From Lophium mytilinum (Eukaryota), in the NCBI GenBank assembly GCA_010093605.1, contig MU004190.1, positions 1,116,001-1,180,000 of the forward strand: a stretch of 64,000 nt of DNA. Reading direction: 5' to 3'. Made by a program: the position numbers and the translations under genes. Below the pieces are notes generated by a model. The model worked only from the letters and a program-made list of their open reading frames with translations, did no database searches and was not told the DNA's origin. The first letter of the stretch is position 1, and each line of letters starts with the position of its first letter. This document shows, piece after piece, positions 11,220-24,609 of the stretch.

Positions 11220-12255
11220 GATGAGAGAATTAAAGATGGTATCCGAAAGTAGGAAAGGAGGGACGAGTCGAGTTCCAAAATAGCCTTTCTTCTTGTAGCT
11301 CTCGGAACGGACTCTGCTGGAATAAAGATGTGCGCTACCTAGCTAGTCATAGCCAGTATTAAAGCTTGAGACTTGAGCTGATCCGAGGCCAGTGACAATG
11401 TTGAAGTTCTCACAGCCAGAAACGCGCTAGGCAGCAATAAGTAGGAAGAATATTGAAGCAGTGATTTGGCCCCTAGGTTACCCCGCAGTCATCATATTGT
11501 ACCGCTCAATCTTGCAGGTAGCTGAGATAGATGGAGCTGCCGATCCAACGATAGAGCAACCCTCTAGACAGTGTCGGATAGATATGCATAACAAGCGGAG
11601 ACTTCTCCCCATGTAGCCCAAGCGCCTGCCTTAATACGCGATATAATTGAACCTCGGTATACTGTCTTGCTAGAAGCCAGGGGTTATGGAGGCAAGAGAA
11701 TCGAAGTGCAAGACAAGGAGTTTGTAGATGGAATTGATGACATTGGTGCATTGGAGTCAGACCTGGGGCCTTATATGCCTTATATCCCTCCAAAGCGAGG
11801 CACGTGACCCTCAGGCCTCGCGGGTTCCGGGGGCGAACAGAATAGCACTTGAGCCTAAGGATGCGCCGAAAAATGCACGAGCAACAAGAGCTATGCACTG
11901 CAGGTTCTTATGATGCGTCTTAAAATATTGGAACTATTCTAAACTTTATAAGGAATAATCACGTGAAGCTAAGTGACTACTTCTTGTAGAACAGTATACC
12001 TTTGTGCAGCATGACACAGAGTTGGTAGTACGGAATGTGCTGGTGGAGGTTCTCGGATATCAGAGGGCACCGCTCCCAAAATCATCCCCTATAATCTAGG
12101 GTTTAAAAGTCATAAGAAACGGACATCAATTATCTTAAACCGAACAAATTAAAGAGTACATCTCTATAATACCTCCCCCTCTCCTCCCGTCCTAACTTTC
12201 CCCATTATCATTCTGCCATTTTGGTCTAAACATTAGATCCAGAAGACTAGTCCAT

Positions 12256-15200
12256 CTACACAACCAACAGTCCCATCACCATCGCGCCCACAAGTCCCAA
12301 CACACCCACACGCTGCGCCGAAGCGGCGCCAGTGAAGTACGGCGTCTCGGGGCTCGTGTAGCTCGCACTGGGCGCCGCAGTGCCAGTCGGGTAGACCGCA
12401 GTGCTGTTCCCATACCCTCCGTACGCCGGCGGTGTGACGACCGAGACGGCCGGAAGGACCAGGGATGCCGTGTAGTGAGCACCGTAGCCAGCAGCCTCGG
12501 AGGAGACTGGCACGGGCACCATCTCGACGGTCTGGTAGACGACCTGGGTGGATGCAGCGGCGATGGCCGAGGAAGCTACGTAGGCGGGCGCATAGGAGTA
12601 CCCGGCTGGTGCTGAGGGGTACGCCGCAGGCGCTGAGGCCGAAGGCGCAACGTAAGCGATCGCCGGGGCGGACTCGAGGCTGAAGTGGATGGAGTAGCTC
12701 TCAGCAGGTGCGGAGTAGACTGGAGCGGCGGTCGTATAGGGGACGGCAGTGGCTGGGACGGTCAGGGTGATGGTGGAAGACTGGTAGACCGTGACCTTGG
12801 TAGTGAAACCGGGAGCCGGGGCGCCGGGGGTGATGTCGCCAGGGCAGTATGTCACGGTCTTGGTGATGACAGATGTGACATAGCCGGTTGGGCAGATGTC
12901 GACGTAGGAAGTCGTGATGACGGTCGTGATGGTCTCCTTGGTGCTGGAAGTCGGAGTCGGGTAGCCTTGAGGTGCGCTGGTGGTTCCGGGGTAGAAGACT
13001 GACAAAGGATAGACGATAGATGAAGGGTAAACAACGGACGAAGGATAGACCGCATAGGACTCTGGAGTGCTAACTGGGTAGATGAGAGTGGAGGATTCGC
13101 TCTCAGTACAGCTAGTTGTCGTCTCAGAGGCAGGATAGACCACGGAAGAAGGGTAGGCAATGGACGAAGGATAGACCACTGATTCTGGGGTGCTAGCAGG
13201 ATAAACGAGGGTGGACGACTCGCTTTCAGTGCAGCTGGTAGAGCTCTCTGAGGCAGGATAGACTACTGACGAAGGGTAGACTACAGACGAGCCGGGGGTG
13301 CTCTCGGGGTAAACCAGAGTCGAGGATTCGGTCTCAGTGCAGCTGGTAGACTCCGTCGAGGTGGTTCCAGGGTAGACCACGCTGGACTCAGAGGTACTTC
13401 CTACGGATGATGAAGATATAGCAGATAAAAGCGAGCTAGAGTCCGTGCCTGTGGGGTAAAGGGCAGACGTTGAGGACGATGAATCAGTGGAGGAGCTGCT
13501 GGCGCTGGAAGAGACAGACGAAAGAGAGCTAAACTCCGTGCCTGTGGGATAGACAGCAGAAGTTGAGGACGATACATCACTGCTAGAGCTGCTGGCAGTA
13601 GAAGAGACGGATGAAAGAGAGCTGGAATCTGTGCTCGTTGGGTAACCGGCGGAAGTTGAGGACGATACATCGCTGCTGGCGCTGGACGAGGCGGACGAAA
13701 CAGAGCTGGAATCTGTGCTTGTGGGATAAGCGGTAGAACTCGCGGAAGATGAATCACTGCTGGAGCTGCTAGCGCTTGACGAGACGGACGAATCCGATGC
13801 TGTAGAAGTTGGATAAGTGTCGGAACCCGTAGTTGTAGTCGGAGCCACTGACGATGATGTTTCGGAGCTCGCGGACGCGGATGTGGTTGTCGACACCACC
13901 GAGGATGAAGTGCTCGCTGATCCAGGGCAAGAGTCGACCTTCTTGGCTCCAGTGACCGCACTGTTAGGGCCTGAATCTGTGACGGTGTCCTTGAGGTAGC
14001 AGAAGCTGGGTCCTCCGTTGGTTCCTCGCTGCCAAGAGATGGCGATGCAGGCGTCAATGCCGTCACAGGCCGCGATACATCCATCTACGCTGTCAATAAT
14101 CTCTGGGCTGTTCGCATCATCGGCGCCGTAATAATCAGTTCCGGGGGTGACTAGCCAATTACCACCATCGGTTGAAGTACAGGACGATGTCGGTGTGGGA
14201 ACAGCGCTGGAAGTGGATGAAACGGATTCGGAGGTGCTGCTGGCTATGGATGTGGTCAAATCCACGGTGGAGGTTGACGATGAATCCGAGGGCGTGCTAG
14301 AAGGGTACACTGTGCTGCTGCTTGACTCGGTAGTGGACGAGTCTGACGGCGTGCTGGACGGGTATACCGCGGCGCTAGTGCTGCTGCTAGACTCAGTAGA
14401 TGAGACTGAGGGCGTGCTATCAGGATAACCAGCGGCGGACGATGACGATGAACTGCTAGAGCTTGTAGGCGTGCTGTCAGGATAACCGGCGGCGGACGAT
14501 GATGAGCTGCTTGATACGGGTGTGCTGGAAGAGCTGGACTGGGACGAACTCGGCGAAGGCGATGATGAGCTGCTTGGCACGGCTGTGCTAGAAGAACTAG
14601 ACTTGGACGAACTCGGCGACGGCGATGACGAAGTGGTTGAGGTTTTCGTAGAAGACGGAGTTGAGGTTACGCTGCTGCTGATCTTCGTGCTAGAGCTGGA
14701 CTAGGAAATCGCAAGTTAGCATCGTTTGTATGTCAAGGGGGACGGACAGATTCAGATATTTTTCTAGCTGTTCAGCTTTTGGAGTGGCTCGTCATCAATC
14801 CATGTACAACTATCTGTCACTGCTTGGGAAAGTTTGATATAATTGCAGAAATCTAAAGGCGTATACAGTGTTGAATACAAGGAGGTAGTCCGGGACATAA
14901 TTTGCATGCATATCGATAGGGGGAATATCTAAAGTTCCCAAACACTGGCAGATAGTTGTAGACAAAGTTACGACGAGGCATCTTACAAAACTGGCAACCG
15001 AGAATCTGGCATGGGTGTCCGACGGGTCTTACGTACCGACGAAGTCTTAGTAGACGATGAGGAAGCCTTGGTTGACGATGAGGAGGCCTTGGTAGACGTT
15101 GAGGAGGCCTTCGTGGAGGTGGAAGAGACCTTAGTCGAGGTAGAAGAAGCCTTAGTGGAAGTAGAAGAAGCCTTAGTCGAGGTCGAGGACACCTTTGTAG

Positions 15201-16425
15201 AAGTCGAGGATGCCTTCGTTGAGCTAGAGGTCTTCACAGACGAGCTAGTCTTGACGGTCGAGGACGCCTTGGTAGTGGTCGATAATTTCGTGCTTGTAGA
15301 AACCTTAGTAGAAGTTTTCGAGCTCGTCGTGGACGACTTTGTGCTAGAGACAGCAGGTTTGGCGGTATATGCTTTGAAAGAGTTGATGAGCCAGTAGCTC
15401 TCGGTGAAAGCAAGAGGATTCTGTCCAACATAGTTGACACATGCGGCGATCGGATCCGAGCTTGATTGCGGGCAGCCAGAGGAGCCGTAAGTGTTGCCAG
15501 CCCAGTCACCGCAGAAGGTGGTGTCGAAAATAAACCTATGGTTCTTGAAGTGAGTATCGATGTCGCAGGATCCGGCGAATGCGGCAGTGGGAGTACCAAA
15601 GTTGCTGGTATCTGGGGTGCCCTGAGTGATGCTGGCCGGGATAGCAGTCCGGGGGAAGAACCACATCTTGATGGCGGTCGAAGTCCACTCCATGGCGTAC
15701 ACACCACCCTTGGCAGTGTTGAAGTCGGTCCCATAGGTGTTTGATTGCGTGGGCGTCACACTGCATCCAGAGGTAGAGACCGAAACGTCACACACGGCCG
15801 AATTCAAGGTGCCGGTCATCCCGCTGTTGCTAACGCTGCATCCGTCCGCAGTGTGAAGAACCATCAAGTTTTTGGTGTTCTTGCTCACTCCCTACTTTTG
15901 ATCAGTTCCTATCTCCGCCGTCTAGGAAGCAGCATTCTTACTTCAATGATGTCAATCTCACCATGCGCCGGCCATGTTCCATCTCCAAGAGACCAGAATG
16001 CGGGCCAGGAACCACAGGCGGATCCGGGCATGTGAGCAATATCGGCAATGAAAAGGCCATGGTTGTACGTGTTCTTCGATTCGATTCGGACGCTGGGACG
16101 TCCTACGGCAGTGGCACTATATCTGTTTGTGGAATCCACACCCATGTAGGCCGCGGAACCAACAGTCTTGACCAAACCAGCAGTTTGGGCATCAGACTGG
16201 TCGAGGTATCTTGTTTTGTTAGTCTAATACGTGCCATAATGGTTCCAACTTCGCTCACTTCACATATCCATGAGTGGGGTCCGCGTCAGAGATGAAATTA
16301 AATCCATTGAAGAAGGTCGAGCCGGCATATGAGTCCTTGATTCCGTAAAGAGTGGCAGAAACAGGTGCAAGAAGAGTGGAAAGAGTGAGGGCGCCAACGC
16401 TCAGAACGAGTGATGAGGAAGGCAT
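12256..16425 (-). CDS. GPI-anchored GH16 endo-1,3(4)-beta-glucanase with long Ser/Thr stalk and PAN/apple-like module (~1240 aa)
   Basis: Signal peptide; DPTHGYV, GRPSVRIESK, HMPGSACGSWPAFW, catalytic EIDIIE, GGVYAMEW, TTFCGDWAG. Introns 16210-16258, 15892-15941 and 14701-15036 join in frame to the 12256-14700 exon. C-terminal FTGAAS + hydrophobic tail. Confidence 0.9.
12990..13830 (-). repeat. Coding repeats in GH16 stalk (YPTSTDSSS...; SCTESESSTLVYP...SSVVYP)
   Basis: About four YPT(S/G)T(D/E)xSS units and three SCTE(S/T)ESSTL(V/I)YP units in the translation. Confidence 0.8.
15040..15230 (-). repeat. 21-bp coding minisatellite (STKASST / STKVSST heptads)
   Basis: About 8 tandem heptapeptides; repeated gaagaagccttagt-like units on the + strand. 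Confidence 0.85.
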
Positions 16426-18635
16426 ATTAACGAAAGACAAAAATAAAAACGAGTGTGCGTAGAGAGATCTACAGGATTGATTGACGAAGAAGGACTCTGG
16501 AGTTCAGCTCTTGAAGAGAAGAACGCCCACCTAAAACCCCTGATGCCCTCCATCGGGGCCCCTGCTTCCGCTGTCAACAACTGAAGACGGCCAGGCACAC
16601 CGGACCAAGCACCGTCTGCCAGGCACGCAAGCCACGAAGCTCGTGAGTTGTCGGAGGCGCCGAATCAGCGCTGCTATTAGCCGTGTTCCTGAACCCGGTA
16701 TTCCGACACGAGACGAAGCATCCTATTGCGGCATCGCTGCCGTAGTCACTAAGCAGCGGACAGCTCCGAAGAGTCTAGCCCCAGGTACCTGTGGACAGCC
16801 ACCATCCACGTAGGGCTCCTAGCCCACGCGGGCGATTGGTGTACAAGGCTGCCATGCCGCGTTCCTGGCTGGGCGGGACAGCGAAGCTTGCATGAAGGCG
16901 TTTGGGAGGTGGAGGGCGCTTGGGGGGCGGCTGGCCAGGCGAGAAAGGGGTTTCGCCCTCTCGCTTCGTTGGGGCTGAACGCAAAAAACAAACTTTACCA
17001 CCACCCCCACAACATTCCACATAGAAGAATTTGCTCCTGGCTGACGGTTCGGAGGGAGATGATGCTGTTGTCGCAGCTGCCTGATTCATTCCGGGGGTCG
17101 GCAAAGACGGCAGGGAAAGAGAAACCGGTCAAGAGTCTTCACTTCATCTATCACGAACTATCGATTGATCTGCGGCAGGGGTCGGGAGAGCGCCGAGATG
17201 ATTCCTATTTTTGGTCAGGTGCTCGGCCGTTCTCCGTGCTGTCAGCAGGGAACCGAGGTCGCTAAGAGCAGCACGTGCAGCTCACGTGACTCTCATCAAT
17301 GCAGTGAAGGACAACCATTCCAGCACCTTGCACTTTTCCTTGCCGAGAATATCTGAAGAATGGGTTTTATTCCTATGTCCGGTGTGTACGAGCAGTGATA
17401 ATGCAACTAATTGGCCCTGTTAGTGGGATTGATTGCAGCATAGAAAGGTAGGACGAGGTCGGTTATGCGTAGATGAAAAAGCTCTGAAGCCCCCCAGACA
17501 GTGACAAACCCATCTGCACAAACTATCCTTCAAAACCATCACTGCAGCTTCCCGTCAACCCATCGAAGCCCACCAAACGGTGACAAACATATGTATAAAT
17601 ACTAACCTTGCGCTAATGCCTTTTAAACGTTAGAACCTCTGGAAACGGCCGCTCTATGTTTTCATTAAACCATCAAAGCCCTCCAAGCAGTGCTAAACCC
17701 ATCTACACCTCCCATCCTCCAAACCCACTTCCGCAGCCTCCCACAACCCCATTTCAGCCCTCCAAGCAGTACCAAACCCCTTTCCCCAACCTCCCCTCAA
17801 ATCCCGCTCAAACCCTCCATACCTTAGCCCGCATGTAATTACACAAATCATCACATGTCAATGGCATCATCCCACCACCCGCATCCCCGACATCGGCGCC
17901 AGACCCTCGAATACCCCGCCCCCACCAAATCTTGACATCTCGAATTACCCCTCCACACCTCTAAAGAGCCGCAGAGGTGACCGCGCATGCCGCCCTGCAG
18001 GCAAGCGCAAGGCAAGGCAGCACAACGTGGCGTTGGGGGGAAAGGCGGTGGGGGAGTTTGTGTGACGACGGGGTTTGAGGTGGTCTGATGGACGCACGGA
18101 GTTTGGAAACGCGGAGGGGTTGGTTCTGGGGGTGTGGAAGTTGAAAAGTGTCGTTGGACTTGGGGTACTTCGAGAGGTTGACAGGTGGTGGGATGCGTTG
18201 GGTCTGATTTGAAGGGTGCGGAATTTGACATTGGGGTTTGAGGTGGGTCGGGGGTGGCTCCGATGGATGAAGTCACTCTAAATTCAGATCAAATCAAGGT
18301 GTGATTTTACGAGTGTGGATGAATCAATGTTTGGAGGAAATTGGTTACAGCTTCATCAGCTATGCAGAAAGAAATCTGAGATATTATCTAATTCTCATAA
18401 CGCCATCAAGGCCACAGTTCCCGCCCAGATTTCAGATTCACCACCCCGCCTTGCCACCGGCAGGAGTCCCCCCATGTACCGCCCAGCCCATAAATGCATC
18501 AGATAACTTTTACCGACTAGCCGTCTTGAATGAGATTCTGCCCGGAACGCACCGCAAATCAGACCGCCGCCCTCTTCAGATTTCCCAGTCTGATACCGAG
18601 TCGTAGTCCTCCTGACGGTGCCAACCAGTGCCATC

Positions 18636-19223
18636 TTACTCCCCATTCGCAGCAGTTTTCTCCACAAGCAGCTCCTCGATATGAGCATTGAGATAGTAGC
18701 CGGCCAACTTGCCGCCCATGTCCCTGGCTCCGGTGACCGTTCCGACGCACTTTGCCGTTCCGCACAAGCACTTGAACGGCTGCGCCATGTGCCATTCGGT
18801 GCTCGGATAGAAGAAGGTGAGCTCCATACCAGGCTGCAGGCCGCCAGACAGTGCCGGATTGACACGAACCTCCCAGCGGGCCATGTCGAAGACCAGAGTC
18901 GGGTCGCATGAGTGGTTGATGTAGACTAGGTCAGAGTTGAGCTCGATGTGCAGATTAGGACCAGCTTGCACAGAGGTGTAGGCCTTTGTGGCGATAGTAG
19001 GGCTGGTGATGCGCGCGAACACGGCGCCGGCGGGCAGCGAGACGAGTGAGACGGAGCGGGCAGTGAAGTCTCCGGGGGGGCGTTCAACACGCAGGAGGGC
19101 GGTCAAATCGGGCTTGACCCAGGCTGGAATTGAAGTGTTGTTGGCCGAAGTGGCGGAGGTAGGCTGCGATTTGGTAGTGCTGATAGCAGCGTGCTGGGGG
19201 GTGGTTAACACGGCTGGGGCCAT
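18636..19223 (-). CDS. Small SET-domain protein with post-SET cysteines
   Basis: YINHSCDP, GMELTFFYPSTEW, PFKCLCGTAKCVG; likely start MAPAVLT at 19223. Confidence 0.88.
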   Translation of the reverse strand: MAPAVLTTPQHAAISTTKSQPTSATSANNTSIPAWVKPDLTALLRVERPPGDFTARSVSLVSLPAGAVFARITSPTIATKAYTSVQAGPNLHIELNSDLVYINHSCDPTLVFDMARWEVRVNPALSGGLQPGMELTFFYPSTEWHMAQPFKCLCGTAKCVGTVTGARDMGGKLAGYYLNAHIEELLVEKTAANGE

Positions 19224-20791
19224 CCTGACGGCGGTATAGTGTTGTGAGGCTGTGTGGTACAGTATTGAGATTTGGGATATGTGACGGTTGGCCGAGGCAC
19301 AGCAGTGCGATTTGGATTTGTGGAGGTGGTGCTGCTGCGAGAGGGGAAAGAAGATGGAGACATCCCCGGGACTGAGGTTTAAATAGACGTGCTGTGTGGA
19401 AATGACGAAGGAAGTCACGTCTGTGTACCCACGTGGAGCGCCGTCCGAGGTACCTCAACTAGTTTTGCGGCTGTGCAATTCACTCGCCGCCGAGCTACGA
19501 TTTGCCGTGCGCGTGAGGTGAAGTCATGCTAGGAGCCCGGATCGGGGTAGACTTCTTTTGCTCTTTGCATCCACACGTCCGGGAGCGAGGTCTCCCTGAC
19601 GGCCGCGTCCCAGAGGCAGGCTGCCAGTGGGACGGCCCGAGGTTGTGCCCTGGCGCCATATGCTGTCCTCTAGGGCTTCAAATGTGACCTGTCTCATTAT
19701 ACTTTTGGCAGGTCTGTTGGTGTTGTGAAGTCCTCCAGGACGATGCAGTACTTACCCAGTACGCGCTGTACCCGCCCCTCCACGCGGGATTCACAATACC
19801 ATGTGCATCATGCAATGCGCAACATCGGATAGGTGTTCCCGCGGCAGCGAGGAAGTGTGGAAATCGTCGGGTACCCTAAGTGAGGGGTACTTGGGCTCTT
19901 TGTTGGCAGGTATTTTAGTGAGCTGAGGGCAGTCTGAAGTTATCCTACCGCAAAGAGACCTCGGGAGGGGAGCGCATATGTACATGTACATTATCACCTT
20001 CTCCTTCCGTTATCTGCGGGTTTGAGATAAGGCATCATGAAGAATATGGACAGGTGCAGGTCGACACTACGGCAAATGCGGGCCGCAGTGAGCTCCCGAG
20101 TTCGGCTTGACAGGCAAAACACGCGGTTCATGGCCGCAGAAAGTGACAGCTCGCTTCCAGCAGGGTTGACATATGCATGCCATGACAAAGGTGACAGTCG
20201 CGTGGAGATGGAACTAATGCAGCGGTTCGGATGGACCGATGTCTTGGGATTGAGAGGGTTGAGGTGAGCTGAGATGGAACTGGAGATCGGGAAGATAGAA
20301 CTAGATCGAGGTCACGTGAAACAATAGAAGTATATCTAGAGTTAACCGACACCAATGAATGGTAATGGTAGAAAGTGTTGGAATAAGCTTGTTGTCGTCA
20401 AGATTGTTTGCTACTGTCATAGGACTCAGAAGGTATCATGTCATGTGTACACATGTCTGCTGCTGCTTGTGGTACTTCAATGTAATCAGAATATAATCGA
20501 GATAGAAACTCTTAGCTTTGAGCTATGCGGAAACTTGTTGAAGGACTTCAAGCAGTGGCTGACAGGTGTACACACAACTGCAAAGAGACAAAACGCTTGC
20601 TGAGTGTGCCACTGTCAGAAATGCTCCAGCCTATCACATTTTTGACCTCTTGTAACCTCTTCGACACTTCAATTCAGATTGTCACGTCTTCAACTACCGA
20701 GCCACCAGTTTCAACGGCAATGAAACTCTCGGTTTTCGGAGAATTGGGGGCGCACAGTGACATGGGGCGCACAGTGACATTCGTGAGTAGT

Positions 20792-22024
20792 CTACTTGCT
20801 GCCCAGAACCTCGATGACCACTTTTATAACCTCTGGATGGATGGCCTTCGGCGCAGCAACAACGCCCTTGTTCCCTGACAGCGTCCTTCCAATACTGAAG
20901 TCCAACTTCTTCCCCCAAGCATCTGTGACTGTTCCTCCCGCCTCACCCACAATGACTACGCCAGCAGCGTGATCCCAGATCTTCTCCTGGTATGTCTTCG
21001 ACGTCGGCAACCTCAGATACAGATCTCCAGCTCCTCTCGCAATCGACGCATACTTCGCTTGCGAATCCATCCTCACACTCTCCTTCGTGATTCCCAACTT
21101 CTCCGCAATCGCCGCTTGGTCCCCATGACTGGAATGTCCCGCCTCAACACTCTCACAGAAAGTTGCCTGCGTGATATCCTCGAGCGGCTTCATCTTGATA
21201 CTCGTCCCCTCAGCCAACGTGCCGCGTGTCAGCGGCCGGCTTGTGGCTCCTTGTCCCAGAACAGCGGAGAACAGCACCCCCTTCCCATCTGCGTCCGTCT
21301 GATCCGCACCAATACCCGTATCCAAGCGCTCTTTATCATCAACAGGTAGATTCGGGCATCCCAGGACCCCAACCTTCACCTCCCCATCCACCATCAACGC
21401 AAGGCAAACCGCATACTGCCCCCCTCTCAGAAACCCCTTCGTCCCATCAATCGGATCCAGCGCCCAGATCCTGCCTTTCGCGCCGCCCGCACTCCTCCCC
21501 GCATCCAACGCCGTCAACATAGCATCAGCATCTTTGATCGGCCCGCCTAGCACAGCCTCCGCCTCCGCATCATCGAGTTTCGCTTCCTGCACCAGTTCCC
21601 AGATATGCGAGCGCAAAACCTCGTTCGTGCGCAGGTCGTCAGCGTCCTCCTCGCCCACAACCTCGTCCGAGGGGAACGCGTGCTTGATGGCGGCGATGAT
21701 GAGGGCCTGGGCGCCAAAGTCGCCGATGGTGACGGGCGAGGCGTCGGATTTGGAGAGGGTGCCTTTTGATTTTGCGGCGTAGACGCGGCGGGTGAGGAGG
21801 GTGGCGCGCTGGACGGCGAGTTGGGCGAGGTGGAGCTCTTTTTCGTAGGCCATGGTGGTGTAGTTGTGCTTTTTCAGGATGTTGTTGGTGGTGGGGGCGG
21901 GGTGGAGGAGGTGGTGGGCGAAGAGGGAGAGGCGGGTGATTAGGCGCGAGGGGATGGTCGTGATGGCCAGGATTGCTAGGAGGATGGAGAGGAGGAGGAG
22001 GGTCAATTGAGGGCGTGGCAGCAT
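20792..22024 (-). CDS. MET22: 3'(2'),5'-bisphosphate nucleotidase (conserved start likely 21853; in-frame upstream ATG at 22024)
   Basis: KSDASPVTIGDFGAQA, GEEDA, WALDPIDGTKGFLRGGQYAVCLAL, CESVEAGHS, DSQAKY, EKIWDHAAG. Confidence 0.96.
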   Translation of the reverse strand: MLPRPQLTLLLLSILLAILAITTIPSRLITRLSLFAHHLLHPAPTTNNILKKHNYTTMAYEKELHLAQLAVQRATLLTRRVYAAKSKGTLSKSDASPVTIGDFGAQALIIAAIKHAFPSDEVVGEEDADDLRTNEVLRSHIWELVQEAKLDDAEAEAVLGGPIKDADAMLTALDAGRSAGGAKGRIWALDPIDGTKGFLRGGQYAVCLALMVDGEVKVGVLGCPNLPVDDKERLDTGIGADQTDADGKGVLFSAVLGQGATSRPLTRGTLAEGTSIKMKPLEDITQATFCESVEAGHSSHGDQAAIAEKLGITKESVRMDSQAKYASIARGAGDLYLRLPTSKTYQEKIWDHAAGVVIVGEAGGTVTDAWGKKLDFSIGRTLSGNKGVVAAPKAIHPEVIKVVIEVLGSK

Positions 22025-22534
22025 TTATGGGGGGGTTTGGCGGAGTGCGTTGCGGAGATGATGCTAAGCTGATGTCCGTCGTTCACGGCTTGGCGAGAAA
22101 TTGTCCGGCGTCGCGTCAGGTCTCGTCAACTTTCAAAACTTCGGTTCCAGGATGTGATGAGGTATTCATTGGAGATCGAAAAAAGAAATAAAGTTGATCC
22201 TCCGAAGCTCTCCTAGAACCTGTGGTATTGAGGAAGTTGTAGTTTCAATTTCTGGATGCGGTGAAATTTACCAAGCGTGTGAATGTTCCTAGTTAATGAG
22301 GCTTAAAGACGCCGCAAATAGAGATAAGAATACGCTTTCAACATCGTCAATGTCAAGTAGTAAACTGTCTTCTCGCATGTCTGAAGAGTACCCCTCGTCA
22401 ACAAACTGTGGCGTCGTGGCTTGTGCGTTGTCAAGGGCTTCGCGATCTCCAGATCTCCAAACAAAGCTTCACCACTCCTAAAGTCATCAGTACCACCTTT
22501 TCCCAGGCAACACCCCCTCGACCAACCACCCACC

Positions 22535-23939
22535 ATGACCTCCCCCCAACCGGTTGCCCTCTCAACTACCAAGCGCAAATTCCATAAACTCCTCGACAAC
22601 CTGAACGCCAACAAATCAACACCCAACCTCGCCTCCTCGTTCCGCAGCGCGAACACCTCTACAACCTCCCTCGCCGTCCCTACCACTACCGAACCTCCAT
22701 CCAAACGCTCTCGCCACTCCGACGTCTCCATGATCTCCCGTATGTCGATGGATAAGCCACGCCCCCACGCCAGCCCCAGCACCATCCGCTCCGTCAAGTC
22801 GAAGACGACGGCGTCGACGCCCCCGCGGAAGACGCCGAATTACGCGCCGTACAGCCAAGACGCGTTTCTGGCGCGGCTGAAGACGTTTGCGGATGTGAAG
22901 CTGTGGACGATGAAGCCCGACCCTATCAACGAGGTGCAGTGGGTGAAGAGGGGGTGGGTGTGTGAAGCGTGGAATACCGTTGCTTGCAAGGGGGGGTGCG
23001 AGGCTAGAGTGGTGGTGAGTCTGAGGCCGAAGCGGAAGGACGAGAAAGGGGAGGAGATTGAGGGGTCGGAGGATTGGAGTGTGGATGTGGAAGAGGAGTT
23101 GGTGGCGGCGTATGCGGAGAGGATTGTGGAGGGGCATGCGGAGTTTTGTTTGTGGAGGAGGGCGGGGTGTAAGAGTAAGTTCGGGTGGGTGTGGCTACGC
23201 AGGCGTAGGGGATGATGCTAATCTGGTTGCAGAGGATATCTATCATATTCCGATTGCGCGACGCGATGTCTGCGAGGCGGATCTCTCACGGCGGTATCAA
23301 TCCCTCAAAGCTATTGAGCCACATCTGCCTCCGTTCGAGTGTGTCAAGTTCACCGGCATCGATCCAGCGTCTCTCATCAAGTGCTTACCACCCTCATTTT
23401 TTGCCGCTGCGGAAGAGAACGCTGCTACCGAAGAAACACCACCGCCATCCCTCACAGCCTTCGCCTTTGCCCTCTTCGGCTGGAACGGCGTTGCCCAAGA
23501 TGGCCTCTATATTGCACAGTGCTCCCACTGTTTCCAGCGTGTGGGTTTATGGCTCTATACTAAAGAGCGTATCGCTACCATGGCTAAGAAAGTCAACGCC
23601 GAAGAGTCTCAACTACTTCTCAATCTTCTCGAAACACACCGCGAGCACTGCCCCTGGAAGAACGTAGAGGCGCAGGCTAACCCGCCGGACGGACAAGTGG
23701 CGGGCTTCGCGGCGTGGCGGACACTACAGTATGTACTCGGTGTCAACAAGAGGCGGGATACGACAGCGACGCAGGGTAGTGCTGAGGTTGGTGGCGAGGC
23801 GGATGTGGTGGGGAAGAAAGATGGAGCGGAGAAAGGGGATGAAGATCTCGCGGGGAGGTGGCAGCGGTTGAAGAGTAAGTTGAAGAGATCGACCAGCAAG
23901 CGAAGTTTGAAGTCCCTTGGGAAGGGTGGAGATTCCTGA
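22535..23939 (+). CDS. C3HC zinc-finger protein, Rsm1/NIPA (ZC3HC1/Pml39) family
   Basis: TTKRKFHKLL, FLARLKTF, KRGW.C...C..GC...H.EFC.WR; second module FGW...CSHCFQRVGLW...HREHCPW; intron 23175-23232. Confidence 0.88.
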
Positions 23940-24609
23940 GGCTCTAGCTCGATGCTGACATTAGTGTTTCCCTGAAGAGAAGCTCCTCTGCTCTACGAAA
24001 GGCAAACGCTGACTCCGCCACAATTACCGCCCAGCCCCAAGCTGATTGGGATCGGTAAGTGGACGAGGTGGGTGGCGATCACGGTCTATCCGGTGAACGC
24101 CACATCACGGTGGATGAGCTATGGGAATGATCCTAACAGGCCAGGACAGGATGGTCATGGCTCATGGGTTCAAAGTGCATTTCATGCGATTACGACAGCG
24201 ATATCTCCGCCAGCCGAAAACAATGGTTCATAGTGAGGGAGCTACGAAGATATTGAGCTAGGTTTAGGATATTGGATTATCTAGTAACATTTTCCTCAAA
24301 TCATCAATCAGAGTTTCCCAACTACTTCCCTCTTCGCTAGCATCAATGTGATCAACGGCACATGACTTCCATGTCTGGCACGTGCAGCGTCCGTGCCCAG
24401 CTCGTATCGTGTCTGCAAAACCTCCTCGTACGTCTTGGATTTGGCTCACTACTGACGAGTGGGTGGGCGGTGTTCAAACCATGCACTAATCGGAATAATT
24501 AGATTAAGCCGCGCGCTTGAGCTTTAATTGGCTATAGGCTTGATCCGATTGGACTCACTACAAGTGATACAAACAAACCGGCCGTCAATCCGATTGAGGA
24601 TTGGTCGGT

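Noticed and set aside
13817..15397. Acidic V/E/D-rich plus-strand ORFs
   Set aside because: Antisense translations of Ser/Thr repeats in the GH16 gene.
16500..18600. Short ORFs in the long intergenic region
   Set aside because: No recognisable domains or consistent exon structure.
19224..19418. Upstream extension of the SET ORF
   Set aside because: Non-ATG start with UTR-like composition.
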